DNA of 64,000 nt from an uncultured Candidatus Binatia bacterium (GTDB lineage Bacteria > Desulfobacterota > Binatia > Bin18): the NCBI GenBank assembly GCA_965207575.1, contig OZ242288.1, positions 3,929,879 to 3,993,878 on the forward strand, written 5' to 3'. The notes beneath the pieces are model-generated. The model did no database searches, was not told where the DNA came from, and was given only the letters and a program-made list of their open reading frames with translations. The position numbers and the translations under genes were made by a program. Numbering within the stretch: the first letter of the stretch is position 1; each line of letters starts with the position of its first letter. Below, one piece after another: positions 56,227 through 64,000 of the stretch.

Positions 56227-58152
56227 ATGGCAACGGCCAGTAAGATTGATGCCATCCCCCTGCCGCCCACGGAGGCAGCGTTCGACCCCATCACTTTCAG
56301 TGTGATCCGTAACCGCTTTGAAGCCATCGGTCAGGAGATGACCCTGGCCATGGAGCAGACGGCCTGGACCTCGGTCATTGCCCTGGCCCGCGACTACTCG
56401 TGCATGATCTACGACGCCCACTCCAGCGGGCCGCGTCAGGTCACCATGGCCGATTGCCTGCCCATTCACTGCAACAGCATTCGGACCCTGCTGATGGAAA
56501 TCGTCTCCGTGTTTGGGGACGATATCCACGACGGCGACGTGTATATGTCGAACGACCCCTACCGGGGCAACACCCATATCCCGGACCTGGTGACGGCCCA
56601 GCCGGTCTTTGTGGACGGCAAGCAGGTGTTCTGGACCGTGGCGCGCGGCCATCAGCTCGATACCGGCGCTATCGAAGCGTCGAGTATCGTGCCCGCGGCC
56701 AAGACCATCTTCCAGGAGGGCATTGTCATTCCGCCGACCAAGCTGGTCGACCGCGGGGTCGAACGCCACGATATTGTCGAGCTGTATCTGGCCAACGTGC
56801 GCTATCGGGACGCCCTGCACGGCGACCTGCGCGCTCAGCTCGGGGCCTGCGGTGTGGCCCGCAAGGGCCTGATCGAGCTGTGCGAGCAGTACGGTCGCGA
56901 CGAGGTAGTGCGCTATAGCGACGGGCTCATGGACTACGCCGACCAGCGCGCGTCAGAGGAGTTCTGCTCGATTCCCGACGGCATCTACCACGGCGAGACC
57001 TGGACCGATACCGACGGCAATGGGGCGATCGATATTCCGATTCGGGCCACCATCACCAAGAAGGGCGCGGATATCCACGTCCACTACAGCGGGGGGCCAC
57101 CGTCCACCGGCTCGTTCAACGCGACCTATGCGGTCATGATGGCGACTTCGACGATCCCGTTTCTATACTATATTGACTCCGACATTCCGCATAACCACGG
57201 CGTGCTGCAACACATCAGCGCCGACGCCGACGACAACACCATCTGCCTGGCCAAGTGGCCAGCCGCGGTGGCCGGGGCAACCCAGAATCCGGCCGACCCC
57301 ATGCACGAGGTGATCAATATCGCCATGGCCGAGGCCATCCCCGAGCGCGTGCCCGCGGGCGGAGCGCACACCGCCCACGTCCCGAATTTTAACGGGGTTG
57401 ATTCGAGAACCGGCAAGGAGTGGGGCTGCATGCTGTTCAACAGCGGAGGCGGCCAGGGCGCGGCAAAGGACGCCGATGGGTGGCCGGTCCTGTGCACCAT
57501 CGCCGGCATGGGCGGGCTGACCTCGGCCTCGATCGAGCAGTTGGAGTTGCTGTATCCGATCCGCGTCGAGCAGAACGAGATTGAGACCGATGCCATAGGT
57601 ATGGGCCAGTGGGTCGGCGGACCTGGACTGCGCACCCGCTATCGGCCGATTGCCGGCGACATGGAGTGTGTCGGCTTTGGTGAGGGCCTGAAGAACCCGC
57701 CGCACGGGGTGAACGGCGGTACCATGAGCCCAGGCGGCGGTATTTATATCGAGCACGCGGATGGCAGCCGGACGTTCACCTCCTCTGCGGGACAACTGCT
57801 GATTCGCGAAGGCGAGACCTGGAATGGGGTGTCCGCGGGCGGTGGCGGCTGGGGCAATCCGCTTGACCGCGACCCGGAACAGGTGCGCCGCGACCTGCGG
57901 GACGAGTGGATCAGCGAAGACACGGCTCGCAACGTGTTTGGGGTGGTGGTCAAGGACGATCTTGAGCGCAGCCTCGACGTTGCCGCGACCGAAAAGCTCC
58001 GGGCCGAACTGCGTAAGCACGAGCGCCCGATGATCGAGCCCACCACCCCGGCTGCCGGCACGTGGACGCAGCAGAATATGCGTTCCGGTGATCGCTATCT
58101 CGAAGCCCCGACCATCGCCCGGAACTTCAGCGCTCCGCCGCAGGAGACGTAA
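56227..58152 (+). CDS. hyuB: hydantoinase B / oxoprolinase-family protein
   Basis: 641 aa HyuB-type; AAAGGAG RBS. Confidence 0.8.
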   Translation: MATASKIDAIPLPPTEAAFDPITFSVIRNRFEAIGQEMTLAMEQTAWTSVIALARDYSCMIYDAHSSGPRQVTMADCLPIHCNSIRTLLMEIVSVFGDDIHDGDVYMSNDPYRGNTHIPDLVTAQPVFVDGKQVFWTVARGHQLDTGAIEASSIVPAAKTIFQEGIVIPPTKLVDRGVERHDIVELYLANVRYRDALHGDLRAQLGACGVARKGLIELCEQYGRDEVVRYSDGLMDYADQRASEEFCSIPDGIYHGETWTDTDGNGAIDIPIRATITKKGADIHVHYSGGPPSTGSFNATYAVMMATSTIPFLYYIDSDIPHNHGVLQHISADADDNTICLAKWPAAVAGATQNPADPMHEVINIAMAEAIPERVPAGGAHTAHVPNFNGVDSRTGKEWGCMLFNSGGGQGAAKDADGWPVLCTIAGMGGLTSASIEQLELLYPIRVEQNEIETDAIGMGQWVGGPGLRTRYRPIAGDMECVGFGEGLKNPPHGVNGGTMSPGGGIYIEHADGSRTFTSSAGQLLIREGETWNGVSAGGGGWGNPLDRDPEQVRRDLRDEWISEDTARNVFGVVVKDDLERSLDVAATEKLRAELRKHERPMIEPTTPAAGTWTQQNMRSGDRYLEAPTIARNFSAPPQET

Positions 58153-58154
58153 AC

Positions 58155-60221
58155 ATGGGGCATCGAGTCGGTATCGATATCGGCGGCACCTTCACCGATG
58201 TGGTCCTGCTGCGCGACGACGGCAGATTCCACGTCTACAAAGAAGACTCGACTCCTGACCAACCGCTGCTGGCGATCACGCGGGGTCTCGCCGGCATGGC
58301 CGAGGAAGCCGGAACCACGGTCGCAGAACTGCTGCGTGAGACGGAATTTCTGGTTCACGGCCAGACCATGGCGACCAACGCCCTGATCCAGCGCAACGGT
58401 CCGGTCATTGGCCTGCTGTGCACCCAGGGACTCCGGGACATCATGTATCTGGGCCGGGGCGGGAAGCCCGAGCGATTCAACATCCACCTCCAGAAGCCCG
58501 AGGACTTTATTCCGCGCTATTTGCGTCTGGGCATTCCCGAGCGTACTGGCGCGGACGGGTCCGAGGTCCTGCCGCTCGACGAAGAGGCGGTCCGCATCGC
58601 GGCCCAGCGACTCGGCGCCCACGGCGTCAAAGCGGTGGCGGTGGCCTATCTGTGGTCCATTGTCGATCCGAGCCACGAAAAACGAACTGCCGAGATCGTG
58701 CGCGAGGAGCTGCCCGGCGTCGATGTGCTGTGCTCTTCCGATGTCCTGCCGGAGATTCGCGAGTGGGAGCGCACCTCGGCAACCGTGCTGTCGGCCTATA
58801 TCGCGCCTATTATCGGCGACTATCTGCGCGCCTTTGAGAAAGAGATGGCGACCGGCGGCCTGCCCCATCCGCCCCAGATCATGCAGGTCAACGGCGGCTG
58901 TGCATCCGTGCCGGACCTTTTGGCTCGACCTGTCAATGCAGTGGCCTCGGGCCCCGCGGCCGGGCCGGCCGCGGGTGCGCACTACGCCTCGGATACCAAA
59001 GCGCCCGACCGGCTGATCATTATCGACATGGGCGGGACCAGCTTCGATGTCTGCATGCTGCGCGACAGCGAACCCGTCATGTCGACCGATATCAAGGTCG
59101 CCCACCAGCCCATCGGGGTGAACGGGGTCGAAGTGCTGTCGATCGGCGCCGGCGGCGGCTCGATTGCCTGGCTCGACAGCGGCAAGGCGCTACGGGTTGG
59201 GCCGCAGAGCGCGGGTTCCCAGCCGGGTCCGGCCTGTTACGGCCGGGGTGGCCGTGCGCCCGCGGTCACCGACGCTAACCTGGCCGTTGGGCGGATGTCG
59301 CCCGGTGCGTTTCTGGGCGGACGGCGTTCTCTCGACGAGAGCCTCGCGCAGCGGGCCATTGCCGAACATATTGCCACGCCGTTGGGGCTGTCCGTCCGCG
59401 AGGCCGCGGCCGGCATCCTGACCATCGTGAACTCGAATATGGCCTCGGCCATACGAGCGGTCTCGATTGAGCGCGGCATCGATCCTCGCGACTATGTCAT
59501 GGTCGCGGGCGGCGGCGCGGGTGGCCTGCACGCGGCCGAACTGGCCCGCATGCTTGAGATCGGCGAGGTGCTGATTCCGCGCTCCGCGGGTGGGCTGTGC
59601 GCGTTCGGTATGGCGGTCACACCGGTGCGGCACGACTATGTGCGCCTCCACCACTGCTATACGAATCAGTCAGGCGCGGCCACGGACATCGCCCGGGTGT
59701 TTGACGACTTGATCGCCGAGGGCGGCGCTCATCTTGAGGAGGAGGGCTTTCAGCCCGAAGAGGTTCGGTTTGCCCGACACCTGGAGGGACGCTATCCGGG
59801 CCAGGTTCACAACCTGACCGTACCGCTGCCCGAAGGACCGATTGACACGGGCCTCCTGCGGCGACTCGAAGCCGACTTTCATGACGAGCACGAGCGGCGA
59901 TTTACCTATTCGATGCGCGACCAGCCCATCGAGTGCCTGCACTGGCGGATCGCCGCCACGGGCAACCGCTCCGCCCCCGAGGGACGGCTGGCCACACAGT
60001 CCGCGGGCCGGCCACAACCGACCAGCCGACGCATGGCCTATATGGCCGGGGTCAATGCCGAGGTGGAAACCGATATTTATCAGGGCGACGCGCTGGCGGC
60101 GGGTGACCAGCTCACCGGCCCGGCCATCGTTGAGTTCGCCACGACCACGGTGGTCGTCAACCCGGATGACCGGCTGACCGTCCAGGCCGACGGCAGTTCT
60201 CTGCTGACGATTGCCCTCTAA
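58155..60221 (+). CDS. hyuA: hydantoinase A / oxoprolinase-family protein
   Basis: 688 aa; VGIDIGGTFTD ATPase-fold N-terminus; 2-nt spacing after hyuB. Confidence 0.8.
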   Translation: MGHRVGIDIGGTFTDVVLLRDDGRFHVYKEDSTPDQPLLAITRGLAGMAEEAGTTVAELLRETEFLVHGQTMATNALIQRNGPVIGLLCTQGLRDIMYLGRGGKPERFNIHLQKPEDFIPRYLRLGIPERTGADGSEVLPLDEEAVRIAAQRLGAHGVKAVAVAYLWSIVDPSHEKRTAEIVREELPGVDVLCSSDVLPEIREWERTSATVLSAYIAPIIGDYLRAFEKEMATGGLPHPPQIMQVNGGCASVPDLLARPVNAVASGPAAGPAAGAHYASDTKAPDRLIIIDMGGTSFDVCMLRDSEPVMSTDIKVAHQPIGVNGVEVLSIGAGGGSIAWLDSGKALRVGPQSAGSQPGPACYGRGGRAPAVTDANLAVGRMSPGAFLGGRRSLDESLAQRAIAEHIATPLGLSVREAAAGILTIVNSNMASAIRAVSIERGIDPRDYVMVAGGGAGGLHAAELARMLEIGEVLIPRSAGGLCAFGMAVTPVRHDYVRLHHCYTNQSGAATDIARVFDDLIAEGGAHLEEEGFQPEEVRFARHLEGRYPGQVHNLTVPLPEGPIDTGLLRRLEADFHDEHERRFTYSMRDQPIECLHWRIAATGNRSAPEGRLATQSAGRPQPTSRRMAYMAGVNAEVETDIYQGDALAAGDQLTGPAIVEFATTTVVVNPDDRLTVQADGSSLLTIAL

Positions 60222-60236
60222 AAAAGGAGATCATTC

Positions 60237-60983
60237 ATGTCGGGTGTCATGATCGTGACGGGAGGAAGTCGCGGCATTGGAGCCGCTATTTCACGGCGGG
60301 CGGCGCGGGCCGGGTTTGACGTGTGCGTCAATTATGCGCGGGCCAAGGACCGGGCCGAAGAGGTGGTCCACGCCGTGACCCAGGCCGGGCAACGGGCGAT
60401 TGCCGTGCAGGCCGATGTGGGAACGGAAGAGGGTGTTGTTGAGTTGTTTCGCCGGACCGATGCCGAACTTGGTCCGGTCACCGCCCTGGTGAATAATGCC
60501 GCGATCGACTATGAGACGGCGGTCGTCGACGCCAAGCTGGAGCGTATCCAGGGAGTTTATAACCTCAATATCTTCGGCGTGTTCGTAAGCGCCCGCGAGG
60601 CAATTAAACGCATGTCCACCAAACGTGGTGGCGCCGGAGGTGTGATCGTCAACGTCGGTTCCGTTTCCTCGCGGTACGGCGGGCTGCCGGGTGATGTGGT
60701 CTACGCCTCCAGTAAAGGCGCGCTTGATTCCTTTACCATGGGCCTGTCCAGGGAAGTCGGGCCCGAGGGAATTCGGGTTTGTTGCGTGCGGCCCGGAATT
60801 ACCCGGACGGAAATTTTTGAAGCGAGTATCGGCATTGAGCGGGCCGAAGCCATTGCCAAAGCGCAGACGGTCCTGGGGCGCATTTGCGAGCCTGAAGAGG
60901 TGGCCAATCTGGTGGTGTGGATCTGTACGGATGAGGCCTCGTATGTCACTACGACGATCTACGATATTTCAGGTGGACGCTGA
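60237..60983 (+). CDS. SDR-family oxidoreductase
   Basis: IVTGGSRGIGAA Rossmann motif; YASSK catalytic motif. Confidence 0.85.
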   Translation: MSGVMIVTGGSRGIGAAISRRAARAGFDVCVNYARAKDRAEEVVHAVTQAGQRAIAVQADVGTEEGVVELFRRTDAELGPVTALVNNAAIDYETAVVDAKLERIQGVYNLNIFGVFVSAREAIKRMSTKRGGAGGVIVNVGSVSSRYGGLPGDVVYASSKGALDSFTMGLSREVGPEGIRVCCVRPGITRTEIFEASIGIERAEAIAKAQTVLGRICEPEEVANLVVWICTDEASYVTTTIYDISGGR

Positions 60984-61024
60984 ACAGGTCGCCCTGACGG
61001 CACGTGAATAAAGGAGAAACCAGC

Positions 61025-62974
61025 ATGACCAGCGCCATACAGGACATACGGCAAGACGACGTGCAGATTGTCCCCACGCATCCCTTGGAGCCGCTGAGCC
61101 GGAGTGAGATTGAGCGCGGGGTGGCCATACTGAAAAGCTCGGGCGAGCTGAGCGGCCAGGTCGCCTTCTCCAGCGTCAGCCTCGTGGAGCCGCCCAAAGA
61201 TGAGGTCAAGACCTTTGCCCCAGGCGTGCCTTTTGCTCGGGTGCTCCGCTTTCTGGGGGTGGATGAGTATGCCAACGGCAGGCAGGCGGGCAGTTTTGCG
61301 GCGCGGGTCAATATCACGACGGGAGAACTGCTTGAGGTGCAGCGCCTCAGCAGCGGACAGGTGCCGTTTGGGGGACTGGACCTCATGCAATCGATCAAGG
61401 TCACCAAAGCCGACCCCGACTGGCAGGCCGCGGTGAGACGGCGCGGCGTCGAGGATATGCGCCGGGTGCAAATCGATATGTGGCCGGGCAGTGGTCCCCT
61501 CCCCGATGGCGTGGACCCGACCCATCGCCTGGCCCGGACGATTGCCTTTGTGCGTGAAGACAAAACCGACAACGGCTATGCCCGTCCGCTCCAGGGCCTG
61601 ATTGCCCACGTGGACCTGACCGCGGGCCGGGTGGTCCATCTGGAAGACCACGGCGCGGTCGCCCTGCCGCCGGAGAGTGGGCGGTACGAGGCCAGCCATC
61701 AGCCTTCACTGCGGACCGACCTGAAACCTCTTTCCATTACCCAGCCCGAGGGGCCGAGTTTCCGCGTCGATGGGTACGCGGTGGAATGGCAGAAATGGTC
61801 GTTCCGAGTCGGTATGCACCCCCAGCACGGCCTGGTTCTACACACGCTGAGTTATGACGATGCCGGGGAGCGGCGGTCCATTCTGTATCGGGCGTCGCTG
61901 GCGGACATGGTGGTACCCTATGGCGACCGCGACCCCATGCACACCTGGAAACACGTGCTTGATGCCAGCGAAGCGAGTGTGGGCAATCTGGCCAATTCGC
62001 TCACCCTGGGCTGCGACTGTCTGGGCGAAATCCATTACTTTGATATGCCCACGCTGCTGGCCGACGGGTCTGTCTATACGATCGAAAACGCCATCTGCAT
62101 GCACGAAGAAGATTACGGCGTGCTGTGGAAGCACCGGGACCTGCTATCCGCGACCACGGAAGTTCGGCGCTCGCGACGTTTGGTGGTCAGCTCGTTCTTC
62201 ACGGTCGGGAATTATGAGTATGGCTTCTTCTGGTATTTATACCTGGACGGGACGATTCAGATGGAGGTCAAGCTGACCGGTATCGTCGGTGTCAGCGCGG
62301 TTGAAACCGGGGCCGAGCAGCCCGAGTTCGCTCCGCTGATTGCGCCCAACCTGGCCTCCCCGATTCACCAGCATCTGTTCTGTTTCCGGCTCGATTTTGA
62401 TGTGGACGGCGAGCACAACTCGGTCTACGAGGTCGATGTCGAACCCGCGCCGTACGGGCCGGACAATCCGCACGGGACGCAGTTCCGCGCGAAGACGACG
62501 CTCTTAGCATCCGAGGATGAGGCGCGGCGGGATATTGACCCGCGGTCCAGCCGGAGTTGGAAAATCGTCAACCCGCAGCGGACAAACCGGCTGGGGATGC
62601 CGGTCGGCTATAAGCTGCTTGCCGGCGCAACGCCGACGCTGTTTGCCCAGGCGGACTCCTATGTAGGGCAGCGGGCCGGGTTTGCCCAGCATAATCTGTG
62701 GGTCACCGCGTTTACGCCGAATGAGCTCAGCGCGGCCGGCGACATCACGCTCCAGAGCCCCGGCGGTGAGGGCCTGCTGCGCTATTCACGCGAGCGTAAT
62801 ATCGAGAACACCGATATCGTTGTCTGGCATACCTTTGGCCTCACCCATATTCCGCGCCCCGAAGATTGGCCGGTCATGCCGGTCGAGTATGCCGGCTTCA
62901 GCCTGATGCCGGTGGGCTTTTTTGAACGCAGCCCCGCCCTGGACGTGCCGCCGAGTCCGCACGCATGCAAATAG
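61025..62974 (+). CDS. copper-containing (topaquinone) primary-amine oxidase
   Basis: TVGNYEYG TPQ consensus; Cu ligands HQH and downstream His; start moved to ATG with AAAGGAG RBS. Confidence 0.85.
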   Translation: MTSAIQDIRQDDVQIVPTHPLEPLSRSEIERGVAILKSSGELSGQVAFSSVSLVEPPKDEVKTFAPGVPFARVLRFLGVDEYANGRQAGSFAARVNITTGELLEVQRLSSGQVPFGGLDLMQSIKVTKADPDWQAAVRRRGVEDMRRVQIDMWPGSGPLPDGVDPTHRLARTIAFVREDKTDNGYARPLQGLIAHVDLTAGRVVHLEDHGAVALPPESGRYEASHQPSLRTDLKPLSITQPEGPSFRVDGYAVEWQKWSFRVGMHPQHGLVLHTLSYDDAGERRSILYRASLADMVVPYGDRDPMHTWKHVLDASEASVGNLANSLTLGCDCLGEIHYFDMPTLLADGSVYTIENAICMHEEDYGVLWKHRDLLSATTEVRRSRRLVVSSFFTVGNYEYGFFWYLYLDGTIQMEVKLTGIVGVSAVETGAEQPEFAPLIAPNLASPIHQHLFCFRLDFDVDGEHNSVYEVDVEPAPYGPDNPHGTQFRAKTTLLASEDEARRDIDPRSSRSWKIVNPQRTNRLGMPVGYKLLAGATPTLFAQADSYVGQRAGFAQHNLWVTAFTPNELSAAGDITLQSPGGEGLLRYSRERNIENTDIVVWHTFGLTHIPRPEDWPVMPVEYAGFSLMPVGFFERSPALDVPPSPHACK

Positions 62975-63003
62975 AGTGAGTGTTGAGGTAATAAGGAGGC
63001 GGC

Positions 63004-63477
63004 ATGATTTCACTGACCGTGAACGGAACGGAACACAGCGTTGATGTCAGCTCGGATATGCGGCTGCTGTGGGTTTTGCGCGATATCCTGGGGCTGACCG
63101 GGGCGAAATTCGGCTGTGGCATGTCCCTGTGTGGAGCCTGCACCGTCCATCTGGATGGTGAACCGGTGCGCTCGTGCGTCATACCGGTCTCCATTGCCGC
63201 GGGCAAGAAGATTACGACCATAGAAGGGCTCTCCACAGATGGCCGCCACCCCTTGCAGCAGGCGTGGATTGCGCATCAAGTGCCGCAGTGCGGGTATTGT
63301 CAGACCGGTATGATTATGTCAGCCGCGGCGCTGCTGAAGAAAAAGCCCCAGCCAACCGACGCTGATATCAACGAAGCCGTGACGAATATCTGCCGCTGCG
63401 GAACGTATACGCGTATTCGGGCCGCCATTCATACGGCCGCCAAAAAATCCGGTTCGAACAACGGGATGAAGGGATGA
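63004..63477 (+). CDS. [2Fe-2S]-binding small subunit of an Ior/aldehyde-oxidoreductase-type molybdenum hydroxylase (IorA-like)
   Basis: 157 aa; [12 protein letters not shown] and CGYCQTG...CRCGTY cysteine motifs; AAGGAGG RBS. Confidence 0.85.
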   Translation: MISLTVNGTEHSVDVSSDMRLLWVLRDILGLTGAKFGCGMSLCGACTVHLDGEPVRSCVIPVSIAAGKKITTIEGLSTDGRHPLQQAWIAHQVPQCGYCQTGMIMSAAALLKKKPQPTDADINEAVTNICRCGTYTRIRAAIHTAAKKSGSNNGMKG

Positions 63478-63487
63478 GGACGCACCG

Positions 63488-64000
63488 ATGAAACAGATAT
63501 CGAACATATCCCGGCGTTCGTTTTTGTTACGCTCGGCCGCGGTCGGGGGCGGACTGCTCCTGGAAGTGACGCTTCCCAAGTCTTCTGTGGCCGAGGCGGA
63601 GCAGGCGAGTTCTCAAGCGGAAACCAGTCCCGAGGTGACCGCCTGGGTCCTGATTCGGCCGGATGACACCATCATCATTCGCGTCGCGCGGGTGGAAATG
63701 GGCCAGGGTAATTTTACCGGCCTGCCCATGCTGGTGGCCGAAGAGCTGGCCTGTGACTGGGGCAAGGTCCAGGCCGAGTATGCGTCAACGAGCGAGCATC
63801 TGCGGCGCAATCGGATTTTTCGTACCATGCTTACCGGCGGCAGCCGGTCGATCCGGGACAGCCAGGATTATCTGCGTACCGCCGGGGCTGCGGCCCGGCT
63901 GATGCTGACCACCGCGGCCGCGCGGCGCTGGGGTGTGCCGGTTACGGAATGTGTCGCCGCGCACAGCCTCATCACCCATACCCCAACCCAGCGACAATTC
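63488..64000 (+). CDS. molybdopterin-binding beta subunit (IorB-like), N-terminal part only (runs off window), with twin-arginine-like leader
   Basis: MKQISNISRRSFLLRSAAVGGGLLL leader followed by conserved Mo-hydroxylase beta-subunit N-terminus; no stop before the window end. Confidence 0.65.
   Translation, partial: MKQISNISRRSFLLRSAAVGGGLLLEVTLPKSSVAEAEQASSQAETSPEVTAWVLIRPDDTIIIRVARVEMGQGNFTGLPMLVAEELACDWGKVQAEYASTSEHLRRNRIFRTMLTGGSRSIRDSQDYLRTAGAAARLMLTTAAARRWGVPVTECVAAHSLITHTPTQRQF

Overview
This is a high-GC (~62-65%) bacterial chromosomal segment. Strong AGGAGG-type ribosome-binding sites and many LLM-class (luciferase-like, probably F420-type) oxidoreductases suggest an actinobacterial- or Chloroflexi-like genome. 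The window is densely packed (~65 genes, short intergenic gaps) with catabolic and oxidoreductase genes. Many families recur as paralogs: LLM-class x7, SnoaL/NTF2-like x3, TauD/TfdA dioxygenase x2, amidohydrolase-2 x2, carboxymuconolactone decarboxylase (CMD) x2, VOC x2, cupin x4, SDR x2 plus a remnant, and alpha/beta hydrolase x2.

Notable blocks, in order:
- a five-gene minus-strand operon: LLM, two divergent 3-hydroxyanthranilate-dioxygenase-like cupins, a CoA-acylating aldehyde dehydrogenase, and gamma-glutamyltransferase;
- a molybdopterin oxidoreductase;
- a frameshifted vapBC toxin-antitoxin locus;
- an unusual fused nitrile hydratase (alpha subunit joined to the N-terminal half of beta);
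- a flavin amine oxidase islet with distinct base composition;
- a coxMSL-like molybdenum hydroxylase whose 3' end is duplicated around a low-GC hicAB toxin-antitoxin insertion;
- a tungsten-type aldehyde:ferredoxin oxidoreductase operon (AorA/B/C-like plus MoaD) interrupted between aorB and aorC by two large inversely oriented tandem-repeat arrays (17-bp x ~7.5 and 18-bp x 5);
- a second low-GC hicAB islet;
- a terminal cluster of hydantoinase B/A, SDR, copper (TPQ) amine oxidase, and an IorA/IorB-like molybdenum aldehyde oxidoreductase that runs off the window end.

No rRNA, tRNA, CRISPR array, integrase or transposase was recognised.
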